Source of the DNA: Bacteroidia bacterium
Lineage (GTDB): Bacteria; Bacteroidota; Bacteroidia; M30B66
DNA: 64,000 bases
NCBI GenBank assembly: GCA_018401705.1
Contig: JAGYKL010000002.1
Location: 3,526-67,525 of the forward strand
Direction of reading: 5' to 3'
A program made the translations under genes and the position numbers. Positions within the stretch are counted from its first letter, which is position 1, and each line of letters begins with the position of its first letter. Shown one piece after another: positions 39,901 through 50,218 of the stretch. The notes below the pieces were generated by a model. It was not told the origin of the DNA, did no database searches, and saw only the letters and a list, made by a program, of their open reading frames with translations.

Positions 39901-42900
39901 ATGTTATCATCAATCATCTCATTCTCTTTGAGGAATAAGCTGATTATAGGCCTATTAACTCTAGGTCTTGTAATCTGGGGAACTTATTCCTTTACCCAAC
40001 TCCCTATTGATGCTGTACCCGACATCACAAATAATCAGGTACAGGTTATCTCTGTAGCTCCCGATTTGGCAGCTCCGGAGGTGGAGCGACTCATCACCTT
40101 CCCCATTGAACAGTCGCTTGCAAGTATTCCCGGCAAAATTGAGCTTCGTTCATTTTCACGATTTGGTCTTTCTTTAGTTACAATTGTGTTTACTGATGAA
40201 ACTGATGTTTATTGGGCCAGGCAGCAAGTAACCGAGCGATTGGCTCAAGCACAATCACTCATTCCTCCGGGCTTAGTGAGCCCCGAATTAGCACCAGTAA
40301 CCACTGGCTTAGGGGAGATTTATCAATACACCCTAAAAGTAGCCAAAGGCTTTGAAGACGATTACAGCCTATCAGATTTACGAACAATTCAGGATTGGAT
40401 CATCAGGCGACAGCTTCTTGGCACCGAAGGTTTAGCCGATGTAAGCAGCTTTGGAGGCAACCTAAAGCAATATGAAGTTAGTGTAACGCCTTCAAGATTA
40501 AGATCTATGCAGGTAAGTCTCAATGAGATTTTCAATGCCTTAGAAAGCAATAATCAAAACACCGGAGGTTCATACATTGAAAAAGGCAGTCAGGCATTTC
40601 TCATCCGAACCGAAGGTTTAATTCGTTCAAAATCAGATATAGAACAAATTGTAATTCGTAAATCTCCGGGAGGTACTCCTTTACTTATCAAAGATGTTGC
40701 AGAAATAAGAGAAGGTAAAGCCGTTAGATACGGAGCCATGACTCGAGATTCTAGTGGTGAAGCCGTTGGAGGAGTTGTTCTTATGTTGAAAGGTGCAAAC
40801 TCATCCCAAGTAATTAATGACGTAAAAGAACGTATCCTAAACATTACCAAAACCTTACCTAAGGGAGTTAGCATTGACCCTTATCTTGACAGAACCAAGC
40901 TTGTAAACAGAGCTATTGGCACTGTGAGTAGAAACCTAGCAGAAGGAGCTTTGATAGTCATTTTTGTTCTTGTACTTCTGCTTGGCAACCTCAGAGCCGG
41001 ATTAATAGTAGCATCAGTAATTCCTCTTGCCATGCTTTTTGCTTTAGGAATGATGAACGTCTTTGGAGTTTCTGGAAACCTCATGAGTTTAGGGGCTATC
41101 GATTTTGGTCTTATTGTCGACGGAGCTGTTATTATTGTTGAAGCGGTAATACATACACTTTATGCAACTCATGTAAAAGCCGGACTTACAAATGTTAAGA
41201 TAAGTTCTAAAGAGCTTGAAACAACTGTTAAGAATAGTGCGGGCAAGATGATGCGCTGGGCTGCTTTCGGGCAATTGATCATCCTTATTGTTTATGTTCC
41301 AATTCTTTCGCTCATTGGAATTGAGGGTAAAATGTTTAAGCCCATGGCGCAAACAGTGTCTTTCGCAATCATAGGAGCGCTCATCCTTTCGCTAACTTGG
41401 GTTCCAGTTGCCTCTTCATTGTTTCTGAGTAAGACAATCAAGTTCAAAAAGAACTTTTCTGATAAATTCATAGATAAGATTCAAAGTTGGTATCAACCAA
41501 TTCTCAAAAAGGCACTTGACTTTCCTTTTATAGCAAGCTCAATTGCAGTGAGCACTTTAGCAATAACATTGTTTGTATTTGCCAATATGGGAGGTGAATT
41601 TATTCCTTCTCTTGACGAAGGGGACTTTTCTGTTGAGACGCGACTTTTAACGGGTAGCTCTCTAAATGAGTCGATAAAAGTTGCTACTCAAGCCGGAAAG
41701 ATACTCATGGACAAATTCCCTGAAGTGACAGCAGTTACTGGCAAAATAGGAACCTCTGAAATCCCCACAGATCCAATGCCTATTGAGGCAACCGATTTGA
41801 TTATTTCTCTTAAGGAAAAGTCTGAATGGACCTCAGCAGACTCAAAAGAGGAGCTGGCAACGAAAATGGGTGAAGCGCTATCAGCAATTCCCGGAGCTAC
41901 TTTCGGTTTTCAGCAGCCAATTCAGATGCGATTTAACGAACTCATGACAGGTGCAAGACAAGATGTGGTCATTAAGATATTCGGTGAAGACCTCGAAGAG
42001 CTCACAAAACTTGCATCACAAGTTAGCGACTTGGCAAGAACCGTTGAGGGTGGTGCAGATTTTTACGAAGAGCAAATCGATGGACTTCCGCAATTAGTAG
42101 TAAACATCAGACGAGATGCCGTTGCACGATACGGAGTTTCTATATCAGATGTAAACAGCGTAATTAATACCGCTTTCGCGGGAAGAGATGCCGGTTTCGT
42201 TTATGAAGGAGAGAAACGTTTTTCATTGATGGTTCGTCTTGCTGCCGAAGAGAGAAATAAAATAAACACAATTAACCAGCTCTTTGTAGAAGGAGACCAT
42301 GGTGAAATGATTCCACTCACCGAGCTGGCTGATATTGATATTATTGAAGGGCCTGTTCAAATTCAAAGAGAAGACGCAAGAAGAAGAATTCTCGTTGGTT
42401 TTAATGTGAGAAACAGGGATGTAGAATCTGTTGTAAACGAGCTTCAAGCAAAAGTGGAAGAATCTATCTCCCTAAAAGCCGGATATTCTATCACGTTTGG
42501 TGGACAATTTGAGAATCTTATTGAAGCAAGTAAGCGTCTGTCTATTGCTGTTCCAGTTTCTCTTTTACTCATATTATTGCTCCTCTTTTTTGCATTTGAC
42601 TCATTCAAATATGCATTGCTCATTTTCTCGGCTGTTCCGTTTTCAGCCATTGGAGGTGTATTTGCACTTTATCTGCGCGGTTTGCCTTTCAGCATCTCGG
42701 CAGGTGTTGGGTTTATTGCACTATTTGGTGTTGCTGTATTGAATGGCATTGTTCTGATTGGAGCTTTTAACCAGTATAAGAACTCCGGAATACTCGATTT
42801 AAACACAAGAATCATGAAAGGAACTGAAGATAGACTCAGACCTATTCTAATGACTGCACTAGTGGCTTCGTTAGGCTTTCTGCCAATGGCAATCTCAGAA

Positions 42901-44265
42901 AGTGCCGGGGCAGAAGTGCAAAGACCGCTTGCAACAGTTGTCATTGGCGGTTTAATAACTGCAACATTATTAACACTTATTCTTTTACCCGTGTTTTATA
43001 TGTTAACAGAAAGGGGAGTTAAAAAACGAAGGAAGCCAAATGCTACTTTAACCATTCTTGCAATCAGCTTGTTTTGTATTCCACTAAATGCTCAGGAAAT
43101 AAGCCTTGATTCTGCAGTAGCCAAAGCTTTGAGAACACACCCGGATATCTTGTCTCTTAGTAAAAGTTTAGAAGCAACAAATGCTTCTAAAGGAAGCGCC
43201 TACGACTTTGGAAACTTTAATGCTTCTATGATGGGTGGGCAATACAATAGCTCATACACCGATTTTCAGTTTGGCCTTCAGCAAGCAATCCCTTTTCCTA
43301 CTAAACTTTACCGACAAGGTCAAATGGTTAAGTCGGAAATTGACCTTGGAAAATCAGAATTGAGAAACGAGGAACTTCTTGTTCAGCAACAAATTGCTGC
43401 ATTGTGGTATGAAATTGCATTCCTAAAGGCAAGAATAGGTATCATCGACAGTTTAAGCAGGCTCTCTCAAAGGATTTATACTATTGCTCAGTTAAGGGTA
43501 AAGAGTGGAGAAGCTATAGTTTTAGAAGAAATGATTATGCAACAAAAGGCAGGCAAATTAAAGCTTGACCTTCAAAGCTCTAAATCACGCCTTGAAGTAC
43601 TTGAATTCAGACTTGGAATGCTCTGTGGAGAAAATGAATCGCTGAGTGCTTCTACATGGAACTTTGGCAAGCGCCCTCCGCTGAAACCCGGCTCTGCCGA
43701 TTTCTCTATAAGTTCTCATCCAAGTATTGAGTCGGCCAAATATAAGCTCGACTTAGCGTCAAAATCGATGAAACTTGAGCAAAGCAAACTGCTTCCTGAT
43801 TTCCAAATCGGATACTTTAATCAGTCGCTTACAGGCTTTCAAAACGTAAATGGACAAGAGCAGTTTTTTAATCGAGCCGACAGGTTTTCGGGATACACTG
43901 CAGGAATTTCATTTCCCCTATGGTTTGTGCCGCAGAAATCCAGAATTGAAAAAAGTAAGATTCAAAAAGAAGCTGTTGAACAAGCGTTTATTAGTAAACA
44001 ATTGAATCTTAAATTACAATATTCAGGAATCCTTAACGATGTGATGATTTCAGATAAAGAACTGGATTATCTAGAATCTACTGCTATTCCTGTCTCAATA
44101 AGAGCTGTTGAGAATGCAGAACTTGCCTGGAAGAATGGGGAAATTGGATACCTCGAATTAATTCAGGCAATTGAACAACAGCAGCTTTCTCAAAACCTTT
44201 GGTTTGATGCCATCACAAAATTTACTTCTGCTGTTTTACAGCTTAACTACTTACAAAGTCAATAA
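39901..44265 (+). CDS. CusA/CzcA-family heavy-metal efflux RND permease fused in frame to a TolC/CzcC-like outer membrane factor
   Basis: 1454 aa with no stop. Residues 1 to about 1033 are a full 12-TM RND pump. From the in-frame ATG at 43000, the last 421 aa begin with a signal-peptide-like segment (MLTERGVKKRRKPNATLTILAISLFCIPLNAQ) followed by an OMF-like two-repeat helical sequence. Confidence 0.8.
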   Translation: MLSSIISFSLRNKLIIGLLTLGLVIWGTYSFTQLPIDAVPDITNNQVQVISVAPDLAAPEVERLITFPIEQSLASIPGKIELRSFSRFGLSLVTIVFTDETDVYWARQQVTERLAQAQSLIPPGLVSPELAPVTTGLGEIYQYTLKVAKGFEDDYSLSDLRTIQDWIIRRQLLGTEGLADVSSFGGNLKQYEVSVTPSRLRSMQVSLNEIFNALESNNQNTGGSYIEKGSQAFLIRTEGLIRSKSDIEQIVIRKSPGGTPLLIKDVAEIREGKAVRYGAMTRDSSGEAVGGVVLMLKGANSSQVINDVKERILNITKTLPKGVSIDPYLDRTKLVNRAIGTVSRNLAEGALIVIFVLVLLLGNLRAGLIVASVIPLAMLFALGMMNVFGVSGNLMSLGAIDFGLIVDGAVIIVEAVIHTLYATHVKAGLTNVKISSKELETTVKNSAGKMMRWAAFGQLIILIVYVPILSLIGIEGKMFKPMAQTVSFAIIGALILSLTWVPVASSLFLSKTIKFKKNFSDKFIDKIQSWYQPILKKALDFPFIASSIAVSTLAITLFVFANMGGEFIPSLDEGDFSVETRLLTGSSLNESIKVATQAGKILMDKFPEVTAVTGKIGTSEIPTDPMPIEATDLIISLKEKSEWTSADSKEELATKMGEALSAIPGATFGFQQPIQMRFNELMTGARQDVVIKIFGEDLEELTKLASQVSDLARTVEGGADFYEEQIDGLPQLVVNIRRDAVARYGVSISDVNSVINTAFAGRDAGFVYEGEKRFSLMVRLAAEERNKINTINQLFVEGDHGEMIPLTELADIDIIEGPVQIQREDARRRILVGFNVRNRDVESVVNELQAKVEESISLKAGYSITFGGQFENLIEASKRLSIAVPVSLLLILLLLFFAFDSFKYALLIFSAVPFSAIGGVFALYLRGLPFSISAGVGFIALFGVAVLNGIVLIGAFNQYKNSGILDLNTRIMKGTEDRLRPILMTALVASLGFLPMAISESAGAEVQRPLATVVIGGLITATLLTLILLPVFYMLTERGVKKRRKPNATLTILAISLFCIPLNAQEISLDSAVAKALRTHPDILSLSKSLEATNASKGSAYDFGNFNASMMGGQYNSSYTDFQFGLQQAIPFPTKLYRQGQMVKSEIDLGKSELRNEELLVQQQIAALWYEIAFLKARIGIIDSLSRLSQRIYTIAQLRVKSGEAIVLEEMIMQQKAGKLKLDLQSSKSRLEVLEFRLGMLCGENESLSASTWNFGKRPPLKPGSADFSISSHPSIESAKYKLDLASKSMKLEQSKLLPDFQIGYFNQSLTGFQNVNGQEQFFNRADRFSGYTAGISFPLWFVPQKSRIEKSKIQKEAVEQAFISKQLNLKLQYSGILNDVMISDKELDYLESTAIPVSIRAVENAELAWKNGEIGYLELIQAIEQQQLSQNLWFDAITKFTSAVLQLNYLQSQ

Positions 44266-44267
44266 TC

Positions 44268-45404
44268 ATGAAACTATATAGCATTTTCATAGGCTCGGCA
44301 CTTTTGTTTGCATCCTGCTCAAGCAGTGAAACAAAGAAAATTGAAGAAGATACAATTCAGGAAGATAAAACGAATCTTACGTTAAATGAAGATCAGATTC
44401 GTCTTGCAGGCATTATTTGGGCTAAACCCCAGATGCGAAAAATTTCGAAAAGCCTTTCATTAAATGGCTTTCTGGAAGCTCCTCCTCAAAATGTAATAAG
44501 CATTATTGCTCCGCTTGGAGGGTTTATTAAATCAACACCCTTATTACAAGGGATGCATATTCACAAAGGTGATTTATTGGCAACAGTAGAAGACATAGCC
44601 TATATACAGTTGCAAGAAGATTATTTAAGAACAAAGGAAGAGCTGAGCTTGGCAAACAAAGAGCGCGAGCGTCAAATAGTATTGTTTCAAGGTGAAGCCG
44701 CATCTGAGAAAACAAGTCAAACTGCGAACTCTAAGGTAAATCAATTGCTTATTCAAGAGAAGAGCCTTGCAGAGAAGCTTCGTTTATGTAATATTAATCC
44801 TGAGAGCTTAACACCATCAACATTGAATCGCAGAATTGAAATCAGATCTACGGTAAATGCTTTTGTTAAATCAGTACAAATGAATATGGGCAAATATGTG
44901 GGAGCTCAGGATGTACTTGCAGAACTCATAGACACTGATCATTTGCATGTTGAGCTTACGGCATATGAGCAAGATGTAACTAAACTTAAAGAGGGTCAGA
45001 GATTCTCATTTAATATGGTTAATTCACCTGAAGAGAAATACACGGGACATATTTACTTGGTTGGGAAAGCACTTGGAGAAGGACGCAGCGTTCAAGTTCA
45101 TGGTCATTTAGATGATGAAAAGAAAGTGTTCATTCCTGGCAACGCTGTTCTTGCTGAAGTTGAATTAGGAAGTGATTCGCTCTTGAGTATTGAAACTTCG
45201 GCGGTGTTTAAGCTTAATGATAAACCACATGCATTCTTAAAGAAAGGAAAGAATGACATTAAATTAATTGCTCTTGATGTAGTAATGGAGTCGGCTGATT
45301 ATACAGCAATAAAAGCCAACAATGAAATGAATGAAGATTCGGAATTGGTCATTGAAGGAATACAATCCTTAAAAGGCATGATGTTTAACGAAGAAGAGGA
45401 ATAA
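44268..45404 (+). CDS. efflux RND periplasmic adaptor subunit (CzcB/HlyD family)
   Basis: 378 aa with a lipoprotein signal (LLFASCSS) and biotinyl-lipoyl-like and beta-barrel MFP regions. It starts 2 nt after the pump gene. Confidence 0.85.
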   Translation: MKLYSIFIGSALLFASCSSSETKKIEEDTIQEDKTNLTLNEDQIRLAGIIWAKPQMRKISKSLSLNGFLEAPPQNVISIIAPLGGFIKSTPLLQGMHIHKGDLLATVEDIAYIQLQEDYLRTKEELSLANKERERQIVLFQGEAASEKTSQTANSKVNQLLIQEKSLAEKLRLCNINPESLTPSTLNRRIEIRSTVNAFVKSVQMNMGKYVGAQDVLAELIDTDHLHVELTAYEQDVTKLKEGQRFSFNMVNSPEEKYTGHIYLVGKALGEGRSVQVHGHLDDEKKVFIPGNAVLAEVELGSDSLLSIETSAVFKLNDKPHAFLKKGKNDIKLIALDVVMESADYTAIKANNEMNEDSELVIEGIQSLKGMMFNEEEE

Positions 45405-45438
45405 AAAAAAGCCCACCGGAAAATCCGGTGGGCTTTTT
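45403..45438. terminator. bidirectional rho-independent terminator
   Basis: A8, then GCCCACCGG-AAAAT-CCGGTGGGC, then T5, between convergent genes. Confidence 0.9.
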
Positions 45439-45462
45439 ATAACCTAGAACTAAAGATTCAAA

Positions 45463-46899
45463 TTAGTTCTTAATAAGTTTAGTTACTTCACGAGTTCCGT
45501 TAGACTCAACAGACACCATGTAAATACCTGAAGTAAGATCAGTAATGTTTACATTGTGAATGAAAGAAGCTTTTCCTTGATTGATAACATCAGAAGAAAC
45601 GATACGACCCATTACATCAGTAATAGTGATTGTGTAGTTATCTGTGTTGTTTTTAGCATCAATAGAGATAGAAGCGATATCAGAAGCTGGATTTGGATAA
45701 ATCTCAATTCCGTATTCACCTTCACCAATTACATCTTCAGTTGAAGGAGCTATTTGACGAATGTCTGTATTTGATGAAGAACACTGACCAAGACCAACAA
45801 TACCATCGATATCGTAAGCATCTGTAGAACCAGCTCCAAAAGGAACAGTTACATCAGTAATCTTGATGTAGTTTAATCCAGCTTCACCATCAGGAATCAT
45901 AAGTTTACCATCGCGGCAAAGGATTAAACCAGCATCGTCAGCAGTTGCAACTGCATTTAAGTCAAACCAAACACTTCCGTCAGCAGAACCTTGGAAAGTA
46001 GCTTTTTCAGGGTAACTAGCGCAAGAGCGTGTTGGATTATCTCCAAAAGTAGTTTCAAAAACTTCGATATCAGCTCCAGCAACGTTTAAGATCGTGTAAG
46101 GGAACTTCAAAGTTACTGTTCCACCATATCCTAAAGCATAAAATGGGTAGTTATTAGCAGGAGTTGAAGCATCACTCATTTGAGGAATGCCTAACATTCT
46201 GCTTTCGATAGAACGATTGTTAGGTACGTTTGTACCATTCTTTCTTTGACCTTGAGCGGGAGTTCCAACAACTGAGTTTGGAGAATATTCTGCACCAGCA
46301 TCAAAAGAACCACCGTCGCAAGAAGAAAAACCAACTACAGCATCCACATCAAAACCATCCTGATTAGGAGCTGTAAAGACATTCAAAAAAGGATTAGTAA
46401 TATCCATAATCTTAATGTACTTAGCCCAAGAAAGAACTCAAAGGTCTAGGTCAGCATTCTGACAAATACCCTCTTCAGGACTAATTAATACATAGCTGTC
46501 TTCACAGTTAACCTGAGCAGCCCATACTAAAGCTCTTTCAGGCCATGCATTGCAAGATGGAGAGCTGTAAGATGTTTCATAAACAGTAAGGTCATTACCT
46601 TCCTGATTACAAATAGGATTATCGAACTCAAGTACGATAGTTCCGGCAAATCCCAGAGAAACAAATTCAACAGAAGCTGAATTATTTGCAACTTCTCCAA
46701 TATTTACATCATGACTTCCAATACCGCCTAATGCGTTATCTTGGTTAGATCTGGTTACACCAATTGGTGAAACACCATCAGCGCGAGGTCCTTGAGAATA
46801 AGAAACAACGCTGCTTGCCGTTGTTTGGGCACTTAAGCTGCCCGCGATTAAAAATGAAGCAAAAGCCATCGAAAGGCCGTTCATAGTAGTAATTTTCAT
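45463..46899 (-). pseudogene. T9SS cargo protein with a duplicated unknown domain, interrupted by one in-frame TGA (46438..46440)
   Basis: ORFs 46438..46899 (signal peptide plus domain copy 1) and 45463..46407 (domain copy 2 plus type A CTD) are in the same frame, separated only by TGA. The 10 codons between the TGA and the next ATG continue the homology to copy 2. Confidence 0.7.
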
Positions 46900-47132
46900 A
46901 AGTGAGAAAATTTTAGTTAGGTTATTGTTACAAAGATATAGATTCTTACTCGGTTCGACCAAATAAAGTTACAATTATTAACAAAGTTTTTTGGTTCTGA
47001 TTATATACTTATACTTCAATATAGCATTCTTTAGTGCCATTTGTGGCCATTTGAGGCAAATTGCCAAAAAATCTTTTGCCGAATTGCAAGTCAAATCTTA
47101 CACAAGACAACAATTTGTTAATAAACGAAAAC

Positions 47133-47163
47133 AAAAAAGGCGGTTACTAGTAACCGCCTTTTT
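47133..47163 (-). terminator. rho-independent terminator
   Basis: A6, then GGCGGTTA-CTAG-TAACCGCC, then T5, directly downstream of the minus-strand gene that ends at 47192. Confidence 0.8.
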
Positions 47164-47191
47164 CAAATATCTAGAATGAAGAGATTAGATA

Positions 47192-47752
47192 TTACTCTTT
47201 CTCATTATATGCTTTAACAATCTTATCTAAATCATTGATTCCCCAATTGTTCTTTTTCATCAATTCGATTATATCTTCATCGCCCTTAAAGTAATTTGAC
47301 ATTGTTTTCTCGAATTTTCGTTCAAATACTTCAAACAACTCATCCTTATTTTTCTTTTTAAGGAATACCGCTTTTTCATATTCAAAATTTCGAGTATTGC
47401 TATTCTCCGTTTTAAACCAAGAATAATAAAGGTTTATGTCTCCTTCAACAATTCTTTGCATAATAACCTTTCCAAAACCGTCTCCTACATCAACGAACTG
47501 AAACGTGTTACCCTCAAATCCAAAACCAGCAAGCTTCTCTGCACCCATACGCTTCTTTGAGTTATTTGCATCAAGAAAATAAATCTTGTCGAATCTCTCA
47601 TTGGTCTTCGTGTTTATATAGCATACTTTACCTTTCAAGGTATCACCTTTCAAGGTATATACATATCCATCTATAAAATCAAGACCTTTCGACGCTTGAG
47701 CATTCAGTTCAATGCAGCTAAATGCAAGCACAATAAATAGTAGTATTCTCAT
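47192..47752 (-). CDS. hypothetical secreted protein
   Basis: Start chosen at MRILLFIVLAFSCIELNAQ (signal peptide). No family recognised. Confidence 0.55.
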   Translation of the reverse strand: MRILLFIVLAFSCIELNAQASKGLDFIDGYVYTLKGDTLKGKVCYINTKTNERFDKIYFLDANNSKKRMGAEKLAGFGFEGNTFQFVDVGDGFGKVIMQRIVEGDINLYYSWFKTENSNTRNFEYEKAVFLKKKNKDELFEVFERKFEKTMSNYFKGDEDIIELMKKNNWGINDLDKIVKAYNEKE

Positions 47753-47948
47753 TCCTAAATCATTTTGAACCAAACCTAGAAGTTTTTAGTTTATTGAACA
47801 AATTAAGATTCCATTAATCAGAATATAAAATTGAAACTAGTACACCAATTCAGTATTGATGCGCACTCATTTATATAGACAAATACTGAAGACTCTAAAA
47901 ATATTAATATAAATTTCACTGGCTCCATTTGTACTTCAAGCTGATTAA

Positions 47949-48152
<204 letters not shown>

Positions 48153-48154
48153 AT

Positions 48155-50203
48155 ATGATAAGTTCAACCGTTACAGAATCAGAACTTCAGCTGTTTAAAA
48201 ATGAAATTTTAGAAGGAATTCCGGAGCATTTGCCAGAACTGGCTCTTCCAGATCCTCTAATAAGTCACGCTCCAAGAAGAAAAGACATTCTTAATAAAGA
48301 AGAAAAGCAGCTTGCCTTGCGCAATGCTCTTAGATATTTTCCAGAACATCAGCACGAAGTGCTTGCAAAAGAATTTGCTCATGAGCTAAAAACATACGGA
48401 CGTATATATATGTATCGATTGCTACCTAAATCGAAAATGTATGCACGCCCAATTGAGCAATACCCAGCCAAAAGCACTCAAGCTGCTGCAATTATGCTCA
48501 TGATTCAAAACAACCTGGACCCCGCTGTCGCTCAACACCCTCAAGAACTCATTACATACGGGGGAAATGGTGCTGTATTTCAAAACTGGGCTCAGTATCG
48601 CCTTACTATGAAATACCTCAGTGAAATGAGCGATGAGCAAACCCTGGTGATGTATTCAGGACATCCAATGGGTCTATTCCCTTCTCACAAAGAAGCTCCA
48701 AGAGTGGTTGTTACAAACGGAATGATGATTCCCAATTACAGCAAGCCCGACGATTGGGAAAAATTCAATGCTTTAGGGGTTACTCAATATGGACAAATGA
48801 CAGCAGGTTCATATATGTACATCGGCCCGCAGGGCATTGTGCATGGAACAACCATAACTGTGATGAACGCTGCTCGTATGTGTCTGAGAAAACGAGGAGA
48901 CTCTAGTCCGGATGTGATTGATGGTAAAGGACTTTTATTTATCACAGCAGGGTTAGGTGGAATGAGCGGAGCGCAGCCTAAGGCCGCCAAAATTGCAGGA
49001 ATCACAAGTATTTCGGCTGAAGTTAACACTGCTGCTGCCAGAAAACGTCATGAACAAGGCTGGGTTGATGAAATATTCGTTGATGCCGGGCTTGCTATTG
49101 ACAGAGCTCAAAAAGCAAGAGCTGAAGGTGATGCTGTTTCTATTGCCTATGAAGGGAATATCATTGATTTATGGGAAGAACTGCTTCGCAGGGATATAAA
49201 AGTGGATATTGGCTCAGACCAAACTTCGCTTCATAACCCTTTTGCCGGAGGTTATTATCCTGCCGGTTTTACTTTGGAAGAATCGAATGCCATGATGGCT
49301 TACCAACCAGCCCGTTTTCATGACGAAGTTTACAAAAGCTTGAAAAGACATGCTAAAGCTGTGAATGCCCTTTCAGAGAAAGGAATGTATTTTTTCGATT
49401 ATGGTAATGCTTTTCTTTTGGAAGCATCTCGCGCAGGTGCGGATGTACTGGGCAAAACAACAGAATTCAAATATCCTTCGTACGTGCAAGATATTCTTGG
49501 CCCTATGTGTTTTGACTATGGTTTTGGTCCGTTTAGATGGGTTTGTTGTTCTGGCAAAGATGCCGATTTAGACACAACCGATAGAATTGCTGCTGAAGTT
49601 TTAGAAGAGTTACTTGCGGATGCTACAGAAGATATCAAAGGACAAATCCGCGATAATCTTAATTGGATAAGGTCTGCTAAAGAGAATAAACTTGTGGTGG
49701 GTTCTAAGGCACGTATTTTATATGCTGATGCCCAAGGGCGGATGAAAATAGCTGCGCGATTTAATGAAGCCATTGCAAAAGGAGAAGTTAGCGCTCCTAT
49801 CGTTTTAGGAAGAGATCATCACGATGTTTCCGGAACAGATTCACCCTACAGAGAAACTTCCAATATTTATGATGGTTCACGCTTTACAGCGGATATGGCC
49901 GTTCAGAATTTTGCCGGCGATGCCTTTCGTGGCGCCACCTGGATTTCATTGCACAATGGAGGTGGAGTTGGTTGGGGTGAAGTAATAAACGGCGGTTTCG
50001 GAATGGTGATAGATGGAAGCGCTAAAAGTGATAAAAAGCTAAAATCTATGCTTCACTGGGATGTAAACAATGGAATTGCCAGAAGAGCTTGGGCTAGAAA
50101 CAAAGAAGCTGTTACGGCAATCAAGAGAGCCATGGAGATTGAGCCTAAACTTAAAATCACCATTGCTAATGAGGTGGATGATGATTTGTTGAACCGGCTA
50201 TAA
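48155..50203 (+). CDS. hutU: urocanate hydratase (long form)
   Basis: 682 aa with conserved urocanase blocks (GGNGAVFQNW, QYGQMTAGSYMYIGPQGIVHGT, GLGGMSGAQPKA, GRDHHDVSGTDSPYRETSN). Confidence 0.93.
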   Translation: MISSTVTESELQLFKNEILEGIPEHLPELALPDPLISHAPRRKDILNKEEKQLALRNALRYFPEHQHEVLAKEFAHELKTYGRIYMYRLLPKSKMYARPIEQYPAKSTQAAAIMLMIQNNLDPAVAQHPQELITYGGNGAVFQNWAQYRLTMKYLSEMSDEQTLVMYSGHPMGLFPSHKEAPRVVVTNGMMIPNYSKPDDWEKFNALGVTQYGQMTAGSYMYIGPQGIVHGTTITVMNAARMCLRKRGDSSPDVIDGKGLLFITAGLGGMSGAQPKAAKIAGITSISAEVNTAAARKRHEQGWVDEIFVDAGLAIDRAQKARAEGDAVSIAYEGNIIDLWEELLRRDIKVDIGSDQTSLHNPFAGGYYPAGFTLEESNAMMAYQPARFHDEVYKSLKRHAKAVNALSEKGMYFFDYGNAFLLEASRAGADVLGKTTEFKYPSYVQDILGPMCFDYGFGPFRWVCCSGKDADLDTTDRIAAEVLEELLADATEDIKGQIRDNLNWIRSAKENKLVVGSKARILYADAQGRMKIAARFNEAIAKGEVSAPIVLGRDHHDVSGTDSPYRETSNIYDGSRFTADMAVQNFAGDAFRGATWISLHNGGGVGWGEVINGGFGMVIDGSAKSDKKLKSMLHWDVNNGIARRAWARNKEAVTAIKRAMEIEPKLKITIANEVDDDLLNRL

Positions 50204-50218
50204 TTAAATCATATTTAA

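Noticed and set aside
40590-42944. Antisense or alternative-frame ORFs inside the RND pump gene (40590..40874, 40881..41084, 41089..41352, 42223..42447, 42444..42650, 42497..42742, 42669..42944).
   Set aside because: All lie within a strongly supported 1454-aa coding frame and show no recognisable motifs. They are shadow ORFs.
46438-46440. The in-frame TGA read as selenocysteine.
   Set aside because: I see no stable hairpin in the 40 nt or so downstream of the UGA that could serve as a bacterial SECIS. The aligned position in the paralogous domain copy is not Cys, and no Sec machinery is visible in the window. I cannot exclude it without the whole genome.
46991-47179. 62-aa plus-strand ORF in the gap between two minus-strand genes.
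   Set aside because: It has no recognisable features, it runs through the terminator hairpin at 47139..47158, and the region is better explained as promoter plus terminator DNA.
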